From positions 89,856 to 153,855 of the forward strand of contig JAZQUU010000038.1 in the NCBI GenBank assembly GCA_045631485.1: a stretch of DNA of 64,000 nucleotides, read 5' to 3'. Shown in pieces: positions 27,432-35,300 of this stretch. Made by a program: the position numbers and the translations under genes. The first letter of the stretch is position 1, and the number at the start of each line of letters is the position of its first letter. This DNA comes from Clostridia bacterium (lineage in GTDB: Bacteria; Bacillota; Clostridia; UMGS1840). The notes under the pieces are model-generated. The model was not told the origin of the DNA, did not search any database, and saw only the letters and a list, made by a program, of their open reading frames with translations.

Positions 27432-28547
27432 TTATTCACCCTCCCTTACTACGGTCACTTCTTCATTTACATACAACATTTTTTCTTTCAGATATTCAAT
27501 CAGTTCTTTCTTTTCCTTGGGAATCTTCCGAACAAAATCCAACCAACTCATTTCTTCCATTTCCTTGTCTGTCATATCTATAGCACAACGACAGATTTCA
27601 TCTACCAACTGCAAGGTCGCAAGGAAGGTTTTATACTTCAGAGTTCCACGGAATAAACGAAACTCTACCGTATCATAATTTTGGATATTGACGGCACAAT
27701 ATCTGCCCATCCGTTTGCCCTTTGCTTTGTTGTAGGTTTCGGTAGTAGTCTCGGAGATAGTGGCATATTTAGCTGCCCAACGATTCAGATTTTCAACCGT
27801 TCTGCGACTGAATCGAACCAACTCGTTCCAATGCTTTTCCACAAAGAACACGATTCTGCCGATGCCCTTTTCCTGCTCTTCATAATTTTTCCCGAATGCG
27901 CTTCGTGAGCAATGGATATGTAACCCGCAAGTGTTTGTGTTATGGGAACGATAGCTTAATTCAATTGCCCGATACAAAAGGTCCTCCCAATTCATATGAG
28001 TGGTATGAAATTCCAAGGTCATCGGATGCGACACGATTTCAAAACCATCGGGAATAGAACCGTCATACTTGCAATAAATCCGTTCTCCCTCAGAATTTGC
28101 GATACTCATCAATTCTTCTGCATTGTCTCCGTAGGCACCGCCCTTGTCGATTTCCAATTCTACCCCATAAAAAAGATTGCCCAAACCGTAGAAAATCGGG
28201 TCGGGCTTATAGCTGTAATTCTTAATGGCACGGTTATTCATACGGTTCCAGCAATCCTGGCAATAGGGATAATCGCTATCGTCATTTTCATAGTAAGCAT
28301 AGTCTTTATGAACCAGTTTACCGCAATCTTCACAGTTAACATATTCATATTCATAACAATGATGGCAAATGGTCAGGTGGGTATCTCCTTCTGCCGAATC
28401 TCTCCAGATTCTGTCCCCGCAGTTATCGCAGGTGGTTGTCTGCTCCGAAAAGCAGGTTGCGCATAGGATTTGTCCGTCAAAGCTATGTGCTTCCTCTTCT
28501 GATAAAATTCTTGCGCCACAGTGAGCACAGGTTGTTTTTTCGTTCAT
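27432..28547 (-). CDS. amidoligase (glutamine-synthetase-fold, Amidoligase_2-like) with three N-terminal zinc ribbons
   Basis: Three CxxC...CxxC ribbons: CAHC..CATC, CDNC..CHHC, CEDC..CQDC. Then YGVELEID, KYDGSIPDGFEIVSHPMT, CGLHIHCS. Confidence 0.7.
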   Translation of the reverse strand: MNEKTTCAHCGARILSEEEAHSFDGQILCATCFSEQTTTCDNCGDRIWRDSAEGDTHLTICHHCYEYEYVNCEDCGKLVHKDYAYYENDDSDYPYCQDCWNRMNNRAIKNYSYKPDPIFYGLGNLFYGVELEIDKGGAYGDNAEELMSIANSEGERIYCKYDGSIPDGFEIVSHPMTLEFHTTHMNWEDLLYRAIELSYRSHNTNTCGLHIHCSRSAFGKNYEEQEKGIGRIVFFVEKHWNELVRFSRRTVENLNRWAAKYATISETTTETYNKAKGKRMGRYCAVNIQNYDTVEFRLFRGTLKYKTFLATLQLVDEICRCAIDMTDKEMEEMSWLDFVRKIPKEKKELIEYLKEKMLYVNEEVTVVREGE

Positions 28548-28566
28548 ATTTTTTAATTCCTTTCTT

Positions 28567-28881
28567 TTAATATTCGTTCGCTAATAGCATTGTGGAATGG
28601 GTTTCATCATCGATTACGAAAATCTTAGCGGTAACAGGTTCTTCCCAATCCAACTCATATTCTTTTTCATACGCAGGTTCTTCCTGAATGTGTTTGATTC
28701 TCTGTTTGCCGGATGCTTCTGCAGATAATAAAAAAACCTGCAGATAGTCTTTATCTACAGGTAGTTTCTCAATCAGCTCCCACATCAGAGCTTGTAAAAT
28801 CAGCGGAATCTTATCTCGGACACCGCAGGTTATAAATTTTTGATTTTGGAAAATAAATATCACTCCTTTTATTGATTTCAT
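28567..28881 (-). CDS. DUF960-like small acidic protein (common on Firmicute conjugative elements)
   Basis: Pattern KFITCGV..IPLILQALMWELIEKL..DKDYLQVFLL...GKQRIKHIQEEP.Y...KIFVIDDETHSTMLLANEY matches my recollection of DUF960. Start uncertain: the ATG at 28881 is used, while the ORF track extends to 28935. Confidence 0.5.
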   Translation of the reverse strand: MKSIKGVIFIFQNQKFITCGVRDKIPLILQALMWELIEKLPVDKDYLQVFLLSAEASGKQRIKHIQEEPAYEKEYELDWEEPVTAKIFVIDDETHSTMLLANEY

Positions 28882-28973
28882 TAGTATAATATCTGTTTCA
28901 TCATGGTCAGAAACCGAATTATAACGAAATAACATAACATTAAATTATACTAGTGGAAAGGAGATGAGTCATA

Positions 28974-29168
28974 ATGTTCCATAGTGATTATGACATCTTA
29001 ACTGCCTACGAAGCCATGGACTATCTTGGCGTAGGCGAAAACACCCTATACCGCCTTTTAAAAAGTGGCGAGCTTGGAGCTTTTCGTATCGGGAAGATAT
29101 GGAAGATTCCAAGAAAAGAATTAGACAAATATATTGATAAAAGTGTAGAAAGGAACCTAACAAAATGA
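28974..29168 (+). CDS. excisionase-family helix-turn-helix DNA-binding protein
   Basis: The 64-aa sequence LTAYEAMDYLGVGENTLYRLLKSGELGAFRIGKIWKIPRKELDKYI is the HTH_17/Xis-type pattern. Divergent from the ligase cassette. Confidence 0.75.
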   Translation: MFHSDYDILTAYEAMDYLGVGENTLYRLLKSGELGAFRIGKIWKIPRKELDKYIDKSVERNLTK

Positions 29169-29848
29169 ATGGACATGATTTTTTAAAATACTTAACCGTA
29201 AACCTAACCACAACTCAAGAAATTGGCAATGTAGAGCGTACCAGCACAGCAACAGGATTCTATGCGATACTAAACAACAAGCCTGTTCTGATTACTGCAA
29301 AGCATTTTGCCTAGGAAGCAATGTCCAACCTGACATTGCCCGTACATTACCAAATCAATAATACCGTAGTGACAATGCCCATAACTGTAAGAGTAGACTG
29401 GATAGATTCCGAAGATTACGATATCTCATACTGTGAAATCAATCCTATTTCAGATAAATTAAAAGAAATCAACGGAAAAACCATGTTTTATACTGCACTC
29501 ACTGAAAAAGATATCATGACAAAAGAAGAGTTCTCCGAACTGAATGTACTGACTCAGATATTAACAATGGGTTACCCCTACGGTGTCAGCAGTACCCACC
29601 ACAAATTCCCACTCTTTAAAATGGGGTATCTCTCCAGCCTGCCAAAAGATTTTACGGAAAACGGTCAAGGCTACCTTGACCTGTTTGGCGAAGAAGGTTG
29701 CTCCGGCGCTCCCCTGTTCTTAAATAACTCTCAGCTAAAACTGGTTGGTGTTCTCACGGAATACGTGTCCGATAAGAAACAGTCACCCAAAAGCACCTCT
29801 GTATATGTATCCGCAGATAAAATATTGGAATTGGTAAATCAAGAATAG
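29165..29848 (+). pseudogene. trypsin-like (chymotrypsin-fold) serine protease interrupted by an in-frame TAG at 29312..29314
   Basis: The ATG at 29165 overlaps the Xis stop (ATGA). The N-terminal fragment MNGHDFL...GFYAILNNKPVLITAKHFA* carries the His motif. The same frame resumes as EAMSNL...DYDISYCEI (Asp)...GEEGCSGAPLF (Ser). Confidence 0.6.
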
Positions 29849-29854
29849 TTCGAA

Positions 29855-29894
29855 ATAAAAAACATCCGAGTAACCTCTTGGTTACTCGGATGTT
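29855..29894. terminator. bidirectional rho-independent terminator between the protease and SASP genes
   Basis: aacatccgagtaacc (29861-29875) pairs with ggttactcggatgtt (29880-29894), a perfect 15-bp stem with a tctt loop. An A-run precedes it. Confidence 0.8.
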
Positions 29895-29913
29895 ACAAAT
29901 TTTCACAATACTC

Positions 29914-30168
29914 TTATACTATGATTCTATACTCATATTCCACATTCATCGTATGACCATACGCATTACGATTGTTACGCATAAAATTCATAGTTCGTTC
30001 GGGACAAATCTTCTTTACCATCTGACCGCCTACGGAACCTGCTTCTTTAGAGGTTAAGTCACCGTTGTAACCCTGTTTTAAGTTTACGCCGACATCCTGC
30101 GCAGCTTCCATTTTGAATCTGTTTAACGCTTCTTTTGCTTCGGGTACTAAGTTCTTTTTGCTTGCCAT
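29914..30168 (-). CDS. alpha/beta-type small acid-soluble spore protein with an atypical extended C-terminus
   Basis: MASKKNLVPEAKEALNRFKMEAAQDVGVNLKQGYNGDLTSKEAGSVGGQMVKK is the SASP alpha/beta signature. AGGAG RBS upstream of the ATG at 30168. The tail ICPERTMNFMRNNRNAYGHTMNVEYEYRIIV is not SASP-like. Confidence 0.75.
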   Translation of the reverse strand: MASKKNLVPEAKEALNRFKMEAAQDVGVNLKQGYNGDLTSKEAGSVGGQMVKKICPERTMNFMRNNRNAYGHTMNVEYEYRIIV

Positions 30169-30336
30169 GATAATAAAAATCTCCTTTTTATAATTTATCA
30201 TCCTCAAAAAAATTGTATTGGAAAATGCTCGTTTCCAAAAACTTTTTTTCGTGGAAGACAGTCATAGTTTGTGCTTTGATACAAAATCTATTCTGGAAAT
30301 TTTTATCGTTTTTTGAAATGTTTTGTAATACAAAGA

Positions 30337-30372
30337 AAAGGTGAGCAAATGCTCACCTTTCTTTTGTTTTTA
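30337..30372. terminator. strong hairpin with flanking T-rich runs (orphan terminator-like element)
   Basis: aaaggtgagc (30337-30346) pairs with gctcaccttt (30351-30360), a perfect 10-bp stem with an aaat loop. cttttgttttt follows on the plus strand. Confidence 0.5.
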
Positions 30373-30406
30373 ATTTTGATTTTTTTTCTACCTAACCTAA
30401 GGTGCA

Positions 30407-30636
30407 GAGAAAAGGATGCAAAACGGAACAACCGAACCCGCAGGGGTTATCCGAAGCCGTAGTACTGCGTATAGCATATTTGTGTACGGCGAGTGATGAG
30501 GTTGGTTCGTTTGGTGCGTTTTATCAAGCCGCCATCATAAGGCGATGAGAAAAGGACTCAGAACAAACAAACCGAGCCCGAAGGGATTACCCGAAGGCGT
30601 ACATAGGTACGCCGAGAGGCGAGGTTTGCTTGTAAC
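30407..30636. ncRNA. candidate structured RNA: two tandem homologous ~100-nt modules (30407..30512 and 30547..30636); strand undetermined
   Basis: By my count the first 55 nt of the modules align at 43 of 55 positions (gagaaaagga...ccgaacccgcaggggttatccgaagccgta versus gagaaaagga...ccgagcccgaagggattacccgaaggcgta). Each has an internal hairpin with a compensatory change (gccgta/tacggc versus ggcgtac/gtacgcc). No credible ORF. Confidence 0.35.
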
Positions 30637-30710
30637 AAAAAAGCAATATAAATCAAAATTTGTGACAACAAATTTTCACCTGAAACAAAAAAGGAGTTCC
30701 AAAATTCTAA

Positions 30711-30732
30711 GGGAGAGGACAAAGCCTCTCCC
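30711..30732 (-). terminator. hairpin downstream of hpf
   Basis: gggagagg pairs with cctctccc, a perfect 8-bp stem with a 6-nt loop, 47 nt after the hpf stop. The T-tract on the minus strand is imperfect. Confidence 0.45.
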
Positions 30733-30778
30733 TTATTTGCTTCATTGCTTTTTTGTGGTCTGTGTTCTTTTATCGAGC

Positions 30779-31333
30779 CTATTCAACGTCTAAGATGCCA
30801 TATTTATCATCTTTTCGTTTGTAAACAATACTGATGCCGTCATGCTCCGCATTGCGGAAGGCAAAGAAGGTATGTCCCAGAAGATTCATCTGAAGAATTG
30901 CTTCGTCCACAAACATGGGTTTCACGGTGATTACCTTGGAACGAGCCACGGTGAACTCGGTTTCTTCGGGCAAATACAGGGTGTCTTTTTCTTCTTCATC
31001 GGTTTCAAAGGCATCAAAAGTTTCTTGGATTGCAGATTCTTTTTTAATTTTGTTTTCGATTTTGGTTTTATACTTTCTGATTTGCTTCTTTAAATTTTCC
31101 ATCAGTTCATCCATAGCGGTCCAGATATCTGCATCCGCTTCTTCCACACGGAAGATGGTGTCTTTATAGAAAATGGTTAATTCCACAATGTAGGTATCTT
31201 TGATGAGAGACAGGGTTACAGTTGCTTCCGCATTATCGTCAAAAATTTTGTCGAACTTAGAAAGCTTTGCTGCAAATTTTTCTTTAAAACTGTCTTTCGC
31301 CTGGAATTTTCTTTCGTTAAAAATTACTCTCAT
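30779..31333 (-). CDS. hpf: ribosome hibernation-promoting factor (long HPF / RaiA family)
   Basis: MRVIFNERKFQAKDSFKEKF...TVTLS...ELTI (S30AE domain) plus the C-terminal dimerisation domain KPMFVDEAILQMNLLGHTFFAFRNAEHDGISIVYKRKDDKYGIL. AAAGGAG RBS before the ATG at 31333. Confidence 0.9.
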   Translation of the reverse strand: MRVIFNERKFQAKDSFKEKFAAKLSKFDKIFDDNAEATVTLSLIKDTYIVELTIFYKDTIFRVEEADADIWTAMDELMENLKKQIRKYKTKIENKIKKESAIQETFDAFETDEEEKDTLYLPEETEFTVARSKVITVKPMFVDEAILQMNLLGHTFFAFRNAEHDGISIVYKRKDDKYGILDVE

Positions 31334-31453
31334 ACTGATTCTCCTTTGTCTTAGCCGATTCGAATGGAAAATCCGTAATTTCACGGTTCCGATCGAACCG
31401 AGCTGATATTTTTTTATGGAAAGCGGAATCAGAAAATCCGCTCCAAAAACGAA

Positions 31454-32293
31454 TTAAAGAACCTTAGTGATATGACGGGAAACGTGGCAACAGATATTCA
31501 CCGCTACGGGCATACCTGCGATATGAGTGGGATGGTCAATAATATTTACCCACAAAGCGGTGTTTTTGCCGCCAAGACCTGCAGGACCGATATCGGTGCT
31601 GTTGATTTTTTCCATCAGTTCTTTCTGCATTTTCTGATACAGGGGTTTTTCGGGTACGGTACCGATAGGCTGAGTTAAAGCCACTTTAGACAGTTTTGCC
31701 GCCTGCTCAAAGTCACCGCCAACACAAACACCAACCACGATGGGTGGGCAAGGATTGGGACCTGCAGAACGAACTGCATCCAGTACCACATTTACCACTC
31801 CGTCATAACCTGCGGAGGGAGGCAGCATTGCGATTTTACTCATATTTTCGCTACCGAAGCCTTTGGGTGCAAAGGTGATTTTCATCTGATCACCAGGAAC
31901 GATATCATAGTGAATGATTGCAGGAGTGTTATCACCGGTATTCACACGGTCAATGGGGTCTGCCACAACAGATTTTCTTAAGTAGCCGTCCACATAACCC
32001 TGGCGAACACCTTCATTAATTGCTTCGGTTAAGTTGCCGTCAACATAAACTTCCTGACCCACTTCGATAAAGAATACTGCGTATCCGGTATCCTGGCAGA
32101 TGGGAATTCTTTCTTCTTTTGCAATATCTGCATTCACAACCAGTTTTTCTAAAATATTTTTGCCAACGGCGCTGGTTTCGGTTTTGCAAGCACTGCAGAT
32201 GGACTGATATGCATCATCAGGCAGAATGGTATTGGCATCAATACACATCTGTCTTACGGTTTTGGTAATGTCAGTTGCTAAAATAGTTTTCAA
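31454..32293 (-). CDS. Fe-S type hydro-lyase, tartrate/fumarate subfamily, alpha subunit
   Basis: 279 aa. Motifs PICQDTGYAVFFIEVG and PCPPIVVGVCVGGDFEQAA are typical of the class I fumarate hydratase N-terminal (alpha) domain. Confidence 0.8.
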   Translation of the reverse strand: MKTILATDITKTVRQMCIDANTILPDDAYQSICSACKTETSAVGKNILEKLVVNADIAKEERIPICQDTGYAVFFIEVGQEVYVDGNLTEAINEGVRQGYVDGYLRKSVVADPIDRVNTGDNTPAIIHYDIVPGDQMKITFAPKGFGSENMSKIAMLPPSAGYDGVVNVVLDAVRSAGPNPCPPIVVGVCVGGDFEQAAKLSKVALTQPIGTVPEKPLYQKMQKELMEKINSTDIGPAGLGGKNTALWVNIIDHPTHIAGMPVAVNICCHVSRHITKVL

Positions 32294-32376
32294 TGTTCAT
32301 CTCTCCTCTTATTTGTTATATTCGACATTTCTGTCGTAAAATCCTTTTTTTATTTTAAAAAATTTTTTCTTAACTG

Positions 32377-35300
32377 TTAAAATGTCCAGTTGGGCATTAT
32401 TTTTAATTGATTGATATATTCGGGAGTTGCAACCACACCGGTGAGCACCGGGTAGAATACAACAAAGAGTGCAATTGTCGCCACACAGACGCCAAGGGGA
32501 ATCCAAAGGGATTTTCCTTTTTTTGCCACTTGCTTCCAATAGTATCCCAACCCCAATGCCAAGAAGCAAACCATGGGGAAATAGTGATACATAAAGGTGC
32601 AACGGGTTACAAACATCCAGGGAAGCATCTGAGAAAGATAGCCTGCCAAAATGACAAATGCAGACAAGGAAACTTTCTTGTTCTTCACAGAATGAACCAA
32701 CAGATAAATCATTCCCGCAAGGCCGCCCCATAACAGAATGGGATTGCCGAAGGTGGCAATGGTTTCACGGGAACCGTTTTCCAACAGAACACCCTGATGC
32801 ATCCAGAGGGGTTTGGCGTTAATCATCCATTCATACCAGGATGCACTGTAAGGATGAGTTGCAGTCAGTTGACTGTGATAATTGAACATGTGTTGCTGTG
32901 TCGACACAAAGTTCTGCCAGGTGAGTGTCTGGTCAAAGCATTCAAAATACGGAATGTAGCTCAGATAATAAATCATAAACGGAATCAAGGCATAAAGTCC
33001 CAAAGACCACGCAATCAGTTTGCCTGCCTGTGTATTTTTGGGAGCTCTTTGATACCGCATCCAGATGGCGAACAGATAGATGGAACCAAGGCCGATACCC
33101 GGGTAAATCGCCGCCCATTTTACCGCAGCTCCGCATCCGAACATCACGCCCGAAATTCCAAGGAATGTAAGGGATTTCCAATTGACTCCCCCTTGCACAT
33201 ATTCGTGCACAAATTCCAGAAGAAACGCAAATGCCGCAACGATAAAGAATACCATAAAGGAATCGATGGAAGCGATTCTTGTGTGGGATAAATGCATAAA
33301 GCCAAAGGTAAACAATACGGTTGTTAAAAAGGCTACTTTATTATATCGGAGCAACCGTTTTGCCAACAGATAAAACACGGGAATCATCGCAATGGCAATG
33401 GCAACACCCATAAAACGAACACCTAGCATATTCCATCCGAACAAGCTGATACCGATGGTCATTAAAAGTTTGCCAAGGGGCGGATGAGTGGTTTCATACA
33501 TGGAAAGGTCGTTTTTGTATTCATACGCGGCTCTGCCGTGATAAATTTCGTCAAAATAGAAACTGTTTTCGTAAGAGGGCACATCGGGAACGGTGTGGGG
33601 TTCATCCGAAAATGCCGCAACATCGGTTCCGTTGGGTGCAGAAACGGTGTATGCGATAACCTCGCCCTGCGCATCCAGGAACATAAATTCGCCCCATTCG
33701 GTGATGGCATCGGAACCGTTGTCCAACACTTCAAGCACCACTGCATCGGTGGGATAAACAGGCAATTTTTCCTGCTGCCAGCTAAACACATAGGTGGATT
33801 TTTCCTGCTTGCCGGAAAAATTTATATACTGATTGATGTCGGCACTTACCTGACGAAGTTTAAAGTTTCTTAACCCATAGCCTGCAAAATAGCGAATTTC
33901 CGCAAGGTTTTCGGTTTCGGAAAATTGGAAGGTCACACTCTGCCCTTTTGCCACCTTGGCATAGGTTTTAGGGGTGTTATCGGTGCTTCCCAAACGGTAG
34001 AATGCACAACCGCCGAATACCACCATCACACAAAGAAGTGCAACCGCACTTTTCCAATTGAATTGTTCGGAATATTCACGGATTTTCTTTTCTTTTTGGG
34101 GATAATCTGCACGGATGGTCATATAAATATCCCGCACCAGATACCAAAGGATTGCTAAATTCACAATGGAGCCTACCACAAAAATCATATTGTAGTAAGG
34201 GTCGGAAACGCCGCTTAAATATTTTAAGGCAAAATCCAAATTGAGGAAATAGGTTAATTCCAAGGTGCAGAAAATGCCGAAATATTTTTTCTTGCCGGTA
34301 AACACAAATGCAAGAAGGAGAAGAAGAGGCACAAAATACCAGTAACGCTCGTGCATTTTGGAGCCAAGCATCACGATGGCAAATAAATAGGTGCCAAAAA
34401 TCAGGAACAGATTTTTCTTATCCCGATTGAAAATAACCGCCAGAATGCCACCCATCACGCAAACCGCCATCAGGATGGTACCCCATTTTTCAAAGGTCAA
34501 AAACAGGAAATTATCGGTTAAATTTCTCATATTTCCGTTTAACAAACCAAACAGATTAAAGGTATTTAAAGAGGCATAAGGATAAGAAGAAAAGGTCTCG
34601 GTGTATTTTTTCACCAAGAACATTAAGTCGGGAACACCGTTTCTGAAGGGAATCATGGAGATACTCATAATCGCCAGAGCGAAAATGAAGGTTACCGCTA
34701 AATTCCAAATGATTTTTACGGCTTTTGGGAACTTGTCTTTCCAAACGGGAACAAGCACCAGAGAATCACTTTTTGCAAATAAAATGGCAACAAGGGGTGC
34801 AAATAAGAAGCTCTGAGGTTTGGTTAATGCAGACAAGGTAAACAACAATGCCGAGCGGGTCAGCTTTTCTTCCAAAAGGAATCGGAAGGTTAAAAGCATT
34901 AAGTAGCAAAAGATACCATCAGTCTGTCCCCAATAGGTGCCCGTAATCAAAAAGGAGGGCAACAGTGCAAGCATCACAGTAAAGGGTAACTGTTTATTTT
35001 GGGGATAGCGTTTACTGTATGCCGAAAGAAGCTCGTAACCGATGAGCCCTTCGGCTATCATACCGGGCATTTTTACAAACAGTTTGGTGAGATATTCTCC
35101 GCCGCCAAGCAGGTTTTTCACCCAACCGAACAGGCCCGTCATCATAATATAAAGGGGCGGATAATCGCAAAAATATCCGTCGGCATAAAAACCGTTTAAG
35201 CCGCCTGCGGCTCGTTCCATCCAGGCGGTGTAGGTATTCATATCTACCTCATATCCTTTAAAATAGGGGGAGATAAGAATTTTTATCAATGTAATCACGC

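Larger units (their letters stand above)
25323..29895. mobile_element. decayed integrative-element remnant (recombinase wrecks plus surviving cargo)
   Basis: Contains a serine-recombinase fragment, a tyrosine-integrase fragment, an Xis-type HTH gene, a DUF960-like gene and an amidoligase/GATase pair typical of ICE or phage cargo. No flanking att repeats found by eye, so the boundaries are approximate. Confidence 0.45.

Noticed and set aside
27996-28466. 156-aa plus-strand ORF
   Set aside because: It is antisense to the amidoligase gene, which has clear family motifs. The antisense peptide is hydrophobic low-complexity sequence.
29312-29314. TAG in the protease as programmed recoding (pyrrolysine or reassigned stop)
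   Set aside because: TAG is used as an ordinary stop by hpf (30779), remB (43685) and the protease gene itself (29846). No pyl-type genes are seen in the window. A nonsense mutation or an error is more parsimonious, so it is kept only as a low-probability alternative in the finding.
30450-30495. Resemblance of gccgta...tacggc to a group II intron domain V
   Set aside because: The hairpin length and bulge do not match domain V, the second module has only an 18-nt hairpin, and there is no intron-encoded protein or other intron domains nearby.
30545-30793. 82-aa plus-strand ORF across the second RNA-like module
   Set aside because: There is no RBS. It reads through a terminator hairpin and overlaps the hpf 3' end. 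The basic low-complexity peptide is better explained by structured non-coding sequence.
32309-32731. 140-aa minus-strand ORF overlapping the 3' end of the glycosyltransferase gene
   Set aside because: It is an alternative frame within the 1017-aa gene and has no motifs. The long ORF carries the conserved signatures.
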